Assembly (NCBI GenBank): GCA_963803805.1
Contig: CAWDOD010000010.1
Span: forward strand, 160,001-224,000
Direction of reading: 5' to 3'
From: an uncultured cyanobacterium
GTDB taxonomy: Bacteria; Cyanobacteriota; Cyanobacteriia; Cyanobacteriales; CAWCAG01
DNA: 64,000 nt
Shown here: piece by piece, positions 55,401 through 64,000 of the stretch
How the letters are laid out: each line of letters starts with the position of its first letter
Position numbering within the stretch: position 1 is the first letter of the stretch
Notes under the pieces: model-generated
Databases searched by the model: none
What the model was told of the DNA's origin: nothing
Seen by the model: the letters and a program-made list of their open reading frames with translations, nothing else
Translations under genes and position numbers: made by a program

Positions 55401-55498
55401 GCGCCAGATTTGAGGAAGGCTTAGAAGGATTAACCCAGAATAGTTTAGCCCATCCTTACTATTGGGGCCCGTTTATTTTAATTGGCAATGGTTTGTAG
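52424..55498 (+). CDS. Secreted TPR-repeat CHAT-domain (caspase-like) protein
   Basis: Signal peptide; about 10 TPRs of 40 aa; CHAT motifs PDGQLRYIPL, LHFATH, LVVLSACQT, SLWSVDD, HPYYWGPFILIG. Confidence 0.93.
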   Translation: MSDFSLLRLLGLQNLSRLSLVLLLAVAAPFLPLSFGLQPGLVRAETVEEKDARARQLYSEAGDLWRVSKFAEAFEKLQEALQLFREAGNQQMQGNTLSSLGEIYRSTGKYEEAINYHQQALAITRKIGDQSGEGTILNNLGLVYRNSGEYKKAINYYQQALAIVREVDNQPTEGATLSNLGSVYQSIGKYEEAINYHQQALAVTRKIGDQSGEGTILNNLGEVYRNLGEYKKAINYYQQALAIIREVGNRAGEGAILNNLGLISQSIGEYKKAINYYQQALAIIREVGNRAGEGAILNNLGFIYSDLGKYEEAIAYYQEALAITRKVGNRAGEGAILNNLGEVYRNLGKYEEAVAYYQQALAIREEVGDRSGEGTTLNNLGAVYRSLGKYEEAITYYQQALAIHREVGNSPVEGTTLNNLGLIYSDLGKYEEAITYYQQALAIHQEVGNRQMEGSTLHNLGYLLQNQNQPQLAIIFLKQSVNIYETIRADIKGLPTDQQESYTATVANTYRKLGDLLLQQNRILEAQQVLDLLKIQELEDYLQNVRGEGDEKVVNLAPEINIITEYAQLQDKAIANGKALSQLQEEVKGIPLAQRSEAQLQRLKTLTNQREELVTLLTSFAKREDVQTWVQQLSLISQGRNVPLDQLKSISDDLQDIDQNAVLLYPLILEDRLELLLTTPNSPPIRRTVTVSREELNRTIVAYRQALKQRSPDVRKHGQKLYNWLIKPLENDLATAETETIIYAPDGQLRYIPLAALHDGEQWLVERFRVNNITARSLTDWDDKPSQELNILAGAFVEGNHEVKVGDHTFPFSGLKFAGREVEILASTIPTTDKLVDEAFNKDTFEDNMDTYTVLHFATHAALVPGKPEESFILFGNGETVSLKEVDEKWSINNVDLVVLSACQTGLGGELGEDGREILGFGYLMQDAGAKAAIASLWSVDDGGTQALMNAFYAALATKKYTKAEALRQAQIALITGDYSALSDDPRGAVEIRARFEEGLEGLTQNSLAHPYYWGPFILIGNGL

Positions 55499-55518
55499 AA
55501 CTGAATCTACAAACTTTG

Positions 55519-55624
55519 CTACCAGGGGTTACAATCATGGTGAAACCACTCCAGTAATAGGGATGAGTTAAATCTTGATTTCCTAAAGCTGCCAAAGCAT
55601 TAGGTAAAGCTATTCGGCGATCGC
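55519..55624 (-). pseudogene. 3' remnant of a second CHAT-domain gene
   Basis: Minus strand reads LPNALAALGNQDLTHPYYWSGFTMI(G)NPW* with a one-base deletion; similarity ends at a HIP1 site (55617-55624). Confidence 0.7.
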
Positions 55625-55784
55625 ATACTATACAAAAGCCCTGGAATTCAGAAAGGAAACTGACCTTTCTTGTAACATTGTCTACCGCACTTAGAACACT
55701 TCCAGCCAACAGTTTCTTTGGTTGCAAAAGCAATTTCTGTCCAGTTATCAGGGTAAATGTTAGTACTTCGCTAGCCAAGTTTTG

Positions 55785-56825
55785 CTATTGATGTACTTTA
55801 TTAACAAACTCTAAAGTATAGGCATCTTGATAATTAATGCTGTCATCCAAAACACCAACTGCTACTAACTCCTCAAACAAACTTTGCCAACGCCCGTCAC
55901 TCATCGCACCTATACCAAGTTTAGCTGCATCGCCAGAGGTAGCAACTTCATATTCTTTAAGTTTGGCAACTCCGTAAGCGAGAAGATCATCGGGCATTTC
56001 TGGATTAGCTTGCTTAATTAACTCATTACCCAATGTAGGATCTTCTAAATAGCTATACCAACCTTTAATAGAAGCTGTAACGAAACGCCTGACTAAATCT
56101 GGATTTTCCCCTACTAATTTTTGAGTTGTTTCAATGGTAAAAGCGTAGGGATTATAACCTGCTTCTGATAATGGTAAAATAACTGGTTTAAAGCCCCCTT
56201 CTTTCTCTATAGTATAGGGTTCAGAAGTTAAGACCCCTTGTTGAGCCGCATTTTTATCTGCTAAGAAAGGACTAACATTAAAATTGTAGGGACGTTGTTG
56301 ACTATCACTGAAGCCGTATTTTTCCTTTAATACTGGCCAATAGGTAGTATTAGCCCCTGGAGTAAGATAAATTGGCTTACCCTGAAGATCCTTAAGGGAT
56401 GCCACTCCTGTATCGGGATGGGCTAGCAAAACTTGTAATTCTTGTTGGAAAGTAGCAGCCACCGTGACAACAGGGACACCTTGTTGAATAGCTTTTAAGG
56501 CATTAATAGAATGCCCCATAATAAAATCAGCCAATCCACCTACTAAAAGCTGAGTCGTGTTAGTTTGGGGGGCAGTAGCTTGGATATTAACATCTAAACC
56601 ATAATCTTCATAAATACCTGTAGCCACAGCTTGGAAAAAGCCACCATATTCTGCTTCGGCTTTCCAACCAAGGGCAAATTCAATTTTATCTAGTTCTTTG
56701 CCACTTTTTGTACCTTTAGTATCAGAAGTCTTTTGCTGATTACAAGCCGCTAAAATGCTACTACCAACAGCTAGGGAACTAAGTTTGAGAAATTGGCGGC
56801 GTTTGAGACTAAAAATTTTGTTCAT
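55785..56825 (-). CDS. ABC-type substrate-binding lipoprotein (NMT1/THI5-like), Tat-exported
   Basis: KRRQFLK twin-arginine motif plus lipobox LAAC; W.AEAEYGGF.QA..G.Y..GLDV. Confidence 0.85.
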   Translation of the reverse strand: MNKIFSLKRRQFLKLSSLAVGSSILAACNQQKTSDTKGTKSGKELDKIEFALGWKAEAEYGGFFQAVATGIYEDYGLDVNIQATAPQTNTTQLLVGGLADFIMGHSINALKAIQQGVPVVTVAATFQQELQVLLAHPDTGVASLKDLQGKPIYLTPGANTTYWPVLKEKYGFSDSQQRPYNFNVSPFLADKNAAQQGVLTSEPYTIEKEGGFKPVILPLSEAGYNPYAFTIETTQKLVGENPDLVRRFVTASIKGWYSYLEDPTLGNELIKQANPEMPDDLLAYGVAKLKEYEVATSGDAAKLGIGAMSDGRWQSLFEELVAVGVLDDSINYQDAYTLEFVNKVHQ

Positions 56826-57205
56826 TCGTCTACAGATTGGGCAGGAACTTCTACCGCTTCTACATCAATAGTTCCAGGGGGCGTTAGGCGAGTAAAGTTG
56901 CCCTGTTCAACTTGTAATGCTTCTCCACAATTAGGACATTGTATAGAAGTTGTCTTTAAAGCAGGAAACTCGTGGTTACACACAGGACATTGACTTTGTA
57001 CCAAGCTACGCTGCAACCACCAACGAAAACCAAATAAGGCGATCGCTGGGGTGATTAAGATTAAACCCAAAACAATTAGTAACCCCTTAGCTAACCAACC
57101 AAAGCCCACCGAACCTAATAACAAAAAGCTTAATATAAAAGTTAACCAACAGCCAAGACCGGAAGGGTTCAGCCGTAGTAGTTTAGGAACTTGGTCTTGA
57201 TTCAT
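56822..57205 (-). CDS. Conserved membrane protein with a zinc ribbon
   Basis: Two TM helices; CPVC...CPNC; PGTIDVEA tail. Confidence 0.75.
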   Translation of the reverse strand: MNQDQVPKLLRLNPSGLGCWLTFILSFLLLGSVGFGWLAKGLLIVLGLILITPAIALFGFRWWLQRSLVQSQCPVCNHEFPALKTTSIQCPNCGEALQVEQGNFTRLTPPGTIDVEAVEVPAQSVDE

Positions 57206-57309
57206 TGGCTTTCTCCTTAATGTATACTCCCATACTTAACTTTAACTCTTGGTTTACTTTTTGAGTGATAGGGAGGTGGGAAGTAAGGAAAGTATGGGAA
57301 ATCGGTGTT

Positions 57310-57477
57310 TTATTCAGCGAAACACCAAGCGATAATTGCCACGGCTACGATGGCTACACTATACCAAATGAAGCCGTTCAGAGTATTAAGGAGAAGACGT
57401 ATAGGCCACAAAACCAAAGTCTCTGAAAAGAAAAAGTTACAGATTAAGAGGAAAATAAGTAGAAAAACTAGTTGCAT
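57310..57477 (-). CDS. Small (55 aa) two-helix membrane protein below the ORF-track cutoff
   Basis: MQLVFLLIFLLICNFFFSETLVLWPIRLLLNTLNGFIWYSVAIVAVAIIAWCFAE*, co-oriented with the downstream genes. Confidence 0.55.
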   Translation of the reverse strand: MQLVFLLIFLLICNFFFSETLVLWPIRLLLNTLNGFIWYSVAIVAVAIIAWCFAE

Positions 57478-57742
57478 AAAAGGTGGGAGTAACTAAGCTG
57501 TCAGGTATTTAGGTGAGTTAATAGGTAATGGGGAAGAACTACAGCCTATTTTACAGTCCCTAATTTCAGTATGGGTGTAAAGGTTCAAATCAAACCCTTT
57601 CCCTTTTCCTTTACCCCGTCACTCTTTCACCCATGTGTCAGAGTAAATACCGTCCCATCTCTTCCTCAAGTATTACGAAATTAGACTATAAGTTTATGTA
57701 TAAGTACTAATAATAATACTCAATTATCAAAAAGGAACAGCC

Positions 57743-58240
57743 ATGCCAAAGTTAAAAGCTAGTGTCTTAATTGGTTTTCTCGCTGCTTTAAGCACAGCCC
57801 CTGTTTTAGCTGAGGCCAACTTCGCTCAACTAATTTTGACCAGTAATCCTGAAACAGCCAACCCTGTAGTTTCTGGTAATACCCAAGGGGCATACGACTT
57901 AACTATAATTGCACCGAAAGATATTAGAGGAAATGACTGTCTAGGTTGGGCAACCCAACAGCCAGATCATATTTTAGTTCTAGAAGAAGACTTTTCTCGC
58001 TTGGAGTTAAAGGTCAATAGTAGAGGTAAAGATACAACCTTAATTGTTAAAAGTCCTGGCGGTAAAGTGCTTTGCGGCGATGATTCTGGTTCTAATCCTG
58101 ATGCCAGCATTGTAATTAAAAGTAACGATGATGATACTCAAGATGATGAATTTTTAAAAGCTGGCAAGTTTGAAGTTTGGGTAGGTGCAAGCGATCCTAA
58201 TCAACGCTGGAATTATAGTTTGTCTGGTAACGCCCAGTAG
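57743..58240 (+). CDS. Secreted protein with a PPC-like beta-sandwich domain
   Basis: Signal peptide; CLG.....PDH, DTTLIV..P.G...CGDD, G.FEVWVG. Confidence 0.7.
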   Translation: MPKLKASVLIGFLAALSTAPVLAEANFAQLILTSNPETANPVVSGNTQGAYDLTIIAPKDIRGNDCLGWATQQPDHILVLEEDFSRLELKVNSRGKDTTLIVKSPGGKVLCGDDSGSNPDASIVIKSNDDDTQDDEFLKAGKFEVWVGASDPNQRWNYSLSGNAQ

Positions 58241-58299
58241 GGGAGGGTTTGGAGAAAAATTGAGACATTAACAATTAAACTACATAAACCCGCCCTAAC
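58237..58299. repeat. REP/REPIN-like inverted pair (GTAG family)
   Basis: gtaggggagggttt ... aaacccgccctaac separated by about 35 nt. Confidence 0.6.
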
Positions 58300-58306
58300 G
58301 CCCTTT

Positions 58307-58972
58307 ATGGAAATTAATCATCCCCCTGCTTGGCCTCAAAATACAGAAGATGCCAAGGAAATGCAAAATCAATTACAACCCCAAGTTATTACCGAAGATC
58401 GTTTCGATGAAGTGAAATATGTGGCGGGGGTTGATGTGGGGTTTGAAAATAATTATGCCATCAGCAAAGCGGCTGCTGTTATTTTGAGTTTTCCTCAACT
58501 AGAATTACAGGAGAAGGCGATCGCCAAAATCCCGACAACTTTTCCCTATATTCCTGGTTTCCTTTCCTTTCGAGAAATTCCCGTTATCCTCAAAGCCTTA
58601 GAGAAGTTAACCATAGTTCCTGATTTGATTTTATGTGATGGTCAAGGAATTGCCCATCCCCGTAGGTTTGGTTTAGCTTGTCACTTAGGGGTTTTACTCG
58701 ACTTGCCAACTATTGGTGTAGCTAAGTCCTTATTCATTGGTAAGCATGAAGCTGTAGCTACAGAAAAAGGAAGTTGGCAACCGTTGCTGGATAAAGGAGA
58801 AATTATTGGGGCGGTTTTGCGTTCTAGAAATGGGGTTAAACCTTTATATGTTTCCCCTGGACATCGTATCAGTCTATCTACAGCCCTAGATTATGTCCTT
58901 CGTTGTACTCCTAAATATCGTTTGCCAGAAACAACTCGCTGGGCCGACAAATTGGCATCTCATACTCCCTAA
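58307..58972 (+). CDS. nfi: Endonuclease V
   Basis: AGVDV, FPYIPGFLSFRE, CDGQGIAHPRRFGLA, IGVAK, YRLPETTRWAD. Confidence 0.96.
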   Translation: MEINHPPAWPQNTEDAKEMQNQLQPQVITEDRFDEVKYVAGVDVGFENNYAISKAAAVILSFPQLELQEKAIAKIPTTFPYIPGFLSFREIPVILKALEKLTIVPDLILCDGQGIAHPRRFGLACHLGVLLDLPTIGVAKSLFIGKHEAVATEKGSWQPLLDKGEIIGAVLRSRNGVKPLYVSPGHRISLSTALDYVLRCTPKYRLPETTRWADKLASHTP

Positions 58973-59089
58973 GAAGGGAATAGTCACTCTTTCAATATAG
59001 AAAATAGAGGTTTCTAAAAGCTTAGTGCCTAAGTCCTGGGAAAGCAGGAATCATATTAAAATAACGGATAACTGTTACAGCGAAAAATT

Positions 59090-59962
59090 GTGGTAGAAGC
59101 AAAAATCGGTATTATTGGTGGTAGCGGGCTTTATAAAATGGAGGCCCTTGAGGATGTAGAGGAAATAAAGGTAAACACTCCTTTTGGTTCTCCTTCTGAT
59201 GCTCTCATTGTTGGCAAAATAGCAGGTATTCAGGTTGCTTTCTTAGCCCGTCATGGGCGCAACCATCATCTGACACCTTCAGAATTACCTTTTCGGGCCA
59301 ATATTTATGCCATGAAGCAGCTAGGGGTGGAATATCTCATTTCTGCTTCGGCTGTGGGTTCGTTAAAAGAGGCCGCTAAACCTCTAGATATGGTTATTCC
59401 AGACCAATTTATTGACCGTACCAAAAATCGCATTTCTACTTTTTTTGGTGAGGGAATCGTGGGGCATATTGCTTTCGGTGAGCCAATTTGCCCTAACTTG
59501 GCAGAGGTTTTAGGAGATGCTGTGGCCAGTTTGCAGCTATCAGAAGTCACTTTGCATCGTGGTGGTACTTATGTTTGCATGGAAGGGCCAGCTTTTTCTA
59601 CCAAAGCAGAATCCCATCTTTATCGCAGTTGGGATGCAACGATTATTGGTATGACCAATTTACCAGAAGCTAAGTTAGCCAGGGAAGCAGAAATTGCCTA
59701 TGCAACTTTAGCCTTGGTGACAGATTATGATTGCTGGCATCCTGATCACGACAGCGTTACAGTCGAAATGATAATTGGCAATTTGCAGCGCAACGCGACA
59801 AATGCTCAAAAAGTGATTCAAGCGGCTGTTAAAAGTTTAGGCAGCAATCCCCCAGAATCCCTTGCTCATTCCGCCCTTAAATACGCTATTATCACTCCAC
59901 TAGCTACAGCCCCCCAAGCTACAAAACAGAAGTTAGAGATTTTGTTGAAGAAGTATTTGTAA
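59090..59962 (+). CDS. mtnP: S-methyl-5'-thioadenosine phosphorylase
   Basis: [36 protein letters not shown]. Confidence 0.95.
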   Translation: MVEAKIGIIGGSGLYKMEALEDVEEIKVNTPFGSPSDALIVGKIAGIQVAFLARHGRNHHLTPSELPFRANIYAMKQLGVEYLISASAVGSLKEAAKPLDMVIPDQFIDRTKNRISTFFGEGIVGHIAFGEPICPNLAEVLGDAVASLQLSEVTLHRGGTYVCMEGPAFSTKAESHLYRSWDATIIGMTNLPEAKLAREAEIAYATLALVTDYDCWHPDHDSVTVEMIIGNLQRNATNAQKVIQAAVKSLGSNPPESLAHSALKYAIITPLATAPQATKQKLEILLKKYL

Positions 59963-60228
59963 TGTGGGCGTTGCTAAATGAGCAGATGAATCGATGTGGA
60001 AGCAGAACATCCCAAAACTTAAGGTGGTGAATCAGCTAATCGGATAGAGTGTTTTAACCTCTCAACCGACTTGGAATAGCACGTAGAAAATCATCTTTTA
60101 TTTAGGCGTTGCCTAAATAATTCATTCTTGAGACAGAACTATAAATTCTCCACTTTGACCCCTCAGTCAGAAGAGAAAACCCCTTAAGTTTCTTAGGATT
60201 GAAAGAAGCTAATATAGGAGATTAAAAT

Positions 60229-60771
60229 ATGGCTCAAGCATTGCAAGGTAAAAAAATTGCTATCCTAGTAGAAAGTGGTTTTGAACAGGTGGAAATGACC
60301 AAACCCCGGCAGTCCCTTGATGAAGCTGGCGCTAAAACTGAATTAATTTCCCCTCAAAACGAGAAAGTACAAGGGTGGAACCATTTTGATAAAGGTGATG
60401 AGTTCCCCGTTGATGTCCAGCTAGATAGTGCTGATCCTACTAGCTATGACGGACTATTACTACCTGGAGGCGTTGCTAACCCAGACCAACTACGTACCAA
60501 TGACAAAGCTATACAGTTTATCGCTGCTTTTTTCGCTGCCAATAAACCAGTTGCTGCTATTTGCCATGGCCCTTGGACTCTTATCGAAGCAGGTGTAGTT
60601 AAAGGCCGTACTGTAACTTCTTGGCCATCTCTGAAAACTGACTTGAAAAATGCTGGGGCAATTTGGGCCGATAGAGAAGTTGTGGTAGATCAAGGTTTAA
60701 TTACTAGCCGCAACCCTGATGATATTCCTGCTTTTACTGAAAAGATCATTGAGGCTTTAGCAACTAAGTAA
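60229..60771 (+). CDS. pfpI: PfpI/DJ-1 family protein
   Basis: GFEQVE, LPGG.ANPD.LR, AAICHGPW, TSRNPDD. Confidence 0.9.
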   Translation: MAQALQGKKIAILVESGFEQVEMTKPRQSLDEAGAKTELISPQNEKVQGWNHFDKGDEFPVDVQLDSADPTSYDGLLLPGGVANPDQLRTNDKAIQFIAAFFAANKPVAAICHGPWTLIEAGVVKGRTVTSWPSLKTDLKNAGAIWADREVVVDQGLITSRNPDDIPAFTEKIIEALATK

Positions 60772-60906
60772 TGATTCAGCGTAAGGGGGCAAAATCAGAT
60801 CCATGATTAGCAACGCTGTAATGTCAAATCTGGTTTAGTTACCAAGGTATTTATGAGGGTAGGGTTAGTAAGACGATTATTAATTATTAATTATCAATTA
60901 TCAAAC

Positions 60907-62907
60907 TCATCCCTTCATTTCCGAAAGGGCATTTTTCGTCATCGCGGCGATCGCCTGATCATTAGCTTTAGGGAGATGGTAATATTTGCCCCTTGCTTGC
61001 TTAGCTAACTCCTTGGCAAAGCCGGTGGAGACAAACTTATTTTCTGTATCAATTACCAACATTTGCATTCCTAAAGCCGGGATTCTCGCCGCAATGTCGA
61101 GTAATTCTGCTTTAATATCTGGTTTTTCATCTTCTGGTAAAGTATCTCCTAAAGAACGGGCTAAAGGAATATTGCCCCTACCGTCGGTAATGGCAACAAT
61201 AACCACCTGGCCAATATCCCCTGACATTTGGGCATTAGTCCCCACATGAACAGCTTGGGTTAAGCCGTGGGCTAAAGGAGAACCGCCACCGCAGGGAAGT
61301 TGTTCTAACCTACCTTTTGCTAGGGCAATAGAACGGGTTGGGGGCAGCAGGACTTCAGCCCTTTCTCCCCGGAAAGGAATCAAGGCCACTTGGTCACGGT
61401 TTTCATAGGCTTCGGTCAATAGGCGTAATACGGCCCCTTTTGCTGATTGCATTCGGTTTAGGGCCATCGAACCAGAAGCATCTACCACAAATACCACTAA
61501 AGAACCTGCTTTCCTAACTAAGCGCTTGGCCCGTAAATCAGTTTGTTCGACAATAACTGTACGGTTGGGTTGGCGCAGTCTCCGGGATTTTTGATAAGGG
61601 GCAGCAGCACGTAGGGTAGCATCCACAGCGACTCGGCGTACTTTCCCTTTGGGCAACATCGGTTTGATATAGCGTCCTCGATCATCGGAAAAAATAACGC
61701 TGCGACTACCGGATTTTCCTTGACGCTGGGTCATTTGAGCAAAATAAAGGACGCTAGGATCAAGAATTACCCCTTCTGCATCAAAGAGGAATTCTTCTGG
61801 TATGGCTGGGGGTTCTTGTTGTTCTTCTTCCTCTGGTTTCTCCTCATCCGGTTCTTCCTCATCCGGTTCCTGCTGATTTTCATCTTGATTTTGAGAAGGT
61901 GGGGGTGGCGGGGGCGGTTGTTGTTCTTCGGGAGGGGTTTGTATGACCGTAGAACGAGGTACAATCACCAATTCCACTGCCCGCCTTAAGTCCTCGGCTG
62001 TCACCTCATTCCTCCCTTCTAAAGCCGCAGCAGCTTTAGCAACTCTAGCCGCAAATAGTTCGGCCCGATGTCCTTTTACTTCTCCTCTGACAGCTTCTTC
62101 AACTAAATAGGTAATTTGTTCTTTATTGATGTGGACATCCTTTAACCATTCCCTCGCGAGGATAATTTCTGTTTTGAGGTTATCCATGTCTTCTTGATAC
62201 TGAAGGAGAAAATCTTGAGGAGAGTAGGTATAACCAATGGCTTGTTCTACGGCTTGAACTCGTTGCTCTAAGGCTAACACGCCATCGGCAGAAAGGGTGA
62301 TGGCGATCCGATCTAACAAATGTTCTCGTAAAGTCCCTTCTTCTGGGTTATAGGTGGCGATTAAAAGGGGTTTGCAAGGATGTTCAATACTAATGCCTTC
62401 TCTTTCTACCCGGTTGCATCCTTCTGTTAAAACCGTTAAAAGCTGGTTAGCAATTTGGTCATCAAGGAGATTGATTTCATCAATATAAAGTACTCCCCGA
62501 TGTGCCTTTGCTAATAGTCCCGGCTGGAAGATAGGTTCCCCTTGTTGGACAGACTTTTCTACATCCACCGAACCTAAAAGACGATCTTCTGTAGTTCCTA
62601 AAGGAATTTGTACAAAGGGGGCCCGAATAATTTCTACTTCTTGATCTGAAGGTTGAATTAAACTTGTCCCCTGAAATTCTTCAACTGGTTTGAGGTTACA
62701 ATAAGAACCTTTTACCACTTCAATAGGGGGTAGAAGGGCGTGAATTGCCCTAGCCATAACTGATTTAGCTGTCCCCCGACGACCAGCGATCGCCACCCCC
62801 CCCAATCCCGGATCTACTGCTGCTAGTAACAAAGCTAGCTTAATAGCATCTTGTCCCACCACAGCAGTGAGAGGGAAAGTTGAGTTGGCAGTATTTAATG
62901 CAACCAT
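60907..62907 (-). CDS. chlD: Magnesium chelatase subunit D
   Basis: AAA domain GRRGTAKS and DEINLL, Pro/acidic linker, vWA domain DASGSM. Confidence 0.97.
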   Translation of the reverse strand: MVALNTANSTFPLTAVVGQDAIKLALLLAAVDPGLGGVAIAGRRGTAKSVMARAIHALLPPIEVVKGSYCNLKPVEEFQGTSLIQPSDQEVEIIRAPFVQIPLGTTEDRLLGSVDVEKSVQQGEPIFQPGLLAKAHRGVLYIDEINLLDDQIANQLLTVLTEGCNRVEREGISIEHPCKPLLIATYNPEEGTLREHLLDRIAITLSADGVLALEQRVQAVEQAIGYTYSPQDFLLQYQEDMDNLKTEIILAREWLKDVHINKEQITYLVEEAVRGEVKGHRAELFAARVAKAAAALEGRNEVTAEDLRRAVELVIVPRSTVIQTPPEEQQPPPPPPPSQNQDENQQEPDEEEPDEEKPEEEEQQEPPAIPEEFLFDAEGVILDPSVLYFAQMTQRQGKSGSRSVIFSDDRGRYIKPMLPKGKVRRVAVDATLRAAAPYQKSRRLRQPNRTVIVEQTDLRAKRLVRKAGSLVVFVVDASGSMALNRMQSAKGAVLRLLTEAYENRDQVALIPFRGERAEVLLPPTRSIALAKGRLEQLPCGGGSPLAHGLTQAVHVGTNAQMSGDIGQVVIVAITDGRGNIPLARSLGDTLPEDEKPDIKAELLDIAARIPALGMQMLVIDTENKFVSTGFAKELAKQARGKYYHLPKANDQAIAAMTKNALSEMKG

Positions 62908-62908
62908 A

Positions 62909-62936
62909 TATCAGTTATCAGTTATCAGTTATCAAT
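62909..62936. repeat. Heptameric tandem repeat (ATCAGTT)n upstream of chlD
   Basis: tatcagttatcagttatcagttatcaat. Confidence 0.75.
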
Positions 62937-63044
62937 GATGTCTTTGACAAGGGTAAACCCTACAATGTACAACTTGCTGTTGCTGTTAGGTGTCACTTGT
63001 CAATGCGGTATTTTGTTGAAAGCACTTTCGTAACTTATTACTTG

Positions 63045-63980
63045 TTACTTGTTACTTATGCCAATGCAACCTAAAGCAAGACCAATTTGTTGGGCTACAG
63101 AATTGATTAATTCTATATTTTCTTCCCTAACTTGGTAATCTTTTCGCCATTGCACCGAAAGAATTGCTTCTAATTGGTTCCGGAAGAAAGCCGGGGCGGC
63201 GATATGGACTTTGAGGTCTGTACCTTGATAATATTGACTTGTGGTGGCATTGGAGTCAACCAAAGCTTCTATCCAAACCTGAAGTTGCCCTGCCTCTATA
63301 ACTTTAGTCACTAAAGGATCTTGGTCAAGGAAATCTGCGGCTAACTCGCCGTTGCTATATTTACCTTGGGTTGATACTAAGCTTTTATTTTCCACAAGCT
63401 GTAAAATACAACCATCCCCTTGTAAACTTTCTCCTATAGCTGTGGCGATGGGTTCTAAGCTTGCTTCAATAGATGTGGCTGTTTGGGCGATTTCGCCAAT
63501 TTTCATTAATAAGGCAACTTGTTTGTTGTTACGGTGTCTTTCTAGGCGACGACCTCTTAATGTATCATAGGTTTCAGCCGCATCTTGAACCACCAGCCTT
63601 AAGGTTTGGGGGTCCCAAGGTTTGGTGATATATTTATAGACTTGTCCAGAATTAATCGCATCAACCAAGTCTTCCACATCGCTAAATCCAGTTAGAATTA
63701 TACGCATGGTATCGGGAAATTGGGGAACAGTTTTGCTTAAAAATTCTGTCCCTTTCATCTCCGGCATTCTTTGATTGGAGATAATTACTGCCACTTCCCC
63801 CTGATTGGAAAGCACTTCTAAAGCCTCTACACCGCTATTAGCTTTATAAACCTGGAAACTCCGCCTAAAAGTACGATAAAGTAAGTCTAAATTATCTGGT
63901 TCATCGTCTACCACCAGCATTTTCGGTTTTTTTGCTTTTTCCATCTGTTTAAGTAATTTGTTAATATCATTTGGGTTCAT
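63045..63980 (-). CDS. Response regulator (REC + GAF-like domain) with Asn at the phospho-acceptor position
   Basis: LVVDDE, IISNQRMP, ILTG, YITKPW; GAF-like C-terminus ending AQQIGLAL. Confidence 0.85.
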   Translation of the reverse strand: MNPNDINKLLKQMEKAKKPKMLVVDDEPDNLDLLYRTFRRSFQVYKANSGVEALEVLSNQGEVAVIISNQRMPEMKGTEFLSKTVPQFPDTMRIILTGFSDVEDLVDAINSGQVYKYITKPWDPQTLRLVVQDAAETYDTLRGRRLERHRNNKQVALLMKIGEIAQTATSIEASLEPIATAIGESLQGDGCILQLVENKSLVSTQGKYSNGELAADFLDQDPLVTKVIEAGQLQVWIEALVDSNATTSQYYQGTDLKVHIAAPAFFRNQLEAILSVQWRKDYQVREENIELINSVAQQIGLALGCIGISNK

Positions 63981-64000
63981 ATCAATAAAATTAAATTAGC

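Larger units (their letters stand above)
6187..62793. repeat. HIP1 octamer GCGATCGC, dispersed through the window
   Basis: More than 30 copies seen by eye, e.g. 6187, 8636, 9964, 12940, 29236, 40370, 49796, 55617, 62786. Confidence 0.9.

Noticed and set aside
55440-55600. CHAT C-terminus plus a nearby inverted similar segment as a DGR template/variable repeat pair
   Set aside because: Similarity is loose and mainly at protein level, differences are not adenine-specific, and no reverse transcriptase is present.
57571-57634. Inverted repeat atgggtgtaaag / ctttcacccat around pyrimidine-rich 7-mers as an ncRNA
   Set aside because: It is single-copy in the window and short; it is more likely a decayed repeat element and cannot be classified.
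984-63570. Many short antisense or overlapping ORFs in the track (e.g. 1172-1543, 2420-2896, 20805-21359, 33918-34316, 41333-41695, 57305-57496)
   Set aside because: They are shadows of well-supported genes and have no recognisable motifs.

Overview
This is a 64-kb, AT-rich piece of a cyanobacterial chromosome. The assignment rests on more than 30 HIP1 GCGATCGC octamers counted by eye, chlD, an ARTO-type oxidase, sucrose phosphatase and heptameric intergenic tandem repeats. I found no rRNA, tRNA, CRISPR array or intact transposase. Main blocks: (1) 0.5-10.5 kb holds signalling and surface genes: a single-domain receiver with structured flanks, a Na+/H+ antiporter, a kinase with a degenerate ethylene-binding domain, an FHA-type exoprotein and a TM-NTPase-TPR protein. 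(2) 10.5-27.5 kb is a largely co-oriented cluster joining a GH63 glucosidase, a CuA-less ARTO oxidase operon (DUF2231 x2, ctaC, DUF1003, ctaD, ctaE), a divergent NDH-2, an MFS transporter, a GMC oxidoreductase, a glucose 1-dehydrogenase-like SDR, DoxX, gluconolactonase, a cupin and a VOC protein. It is a candidate sugar-oxidation-to-oxygen respiratory module. (3) Housekeeping genes (spp, radC, an arnT-like transferase, a pacL-like ATPase, recF) and an ISAzo13 remnant. (4) 41.3-50 kb holds two tandem, diverged PstS-like lipoproteins without any ABC permease, directly followed by three paralogous hybrid histidine kinases, one with an intact ETR1-type ethylene-binding domain. (5) arr, DUF2278-LTD, a TPR-CHAT protease, nfi, mtnP, pfpI, chlD and a receiver-GAF protein. 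Seven genes are split by single-base frameshifts, mostly at GATC, GGCC or GGWCC motifs, which points to sequencing or base-calling artefacts rather than true pseudogenes. Several small mobile repeats are visible: MITE-like elements, a REPIN-like pair and an in-frame 24-nt SDR-like insertion. All family assignments come from motif recognition by eye, not database searches.
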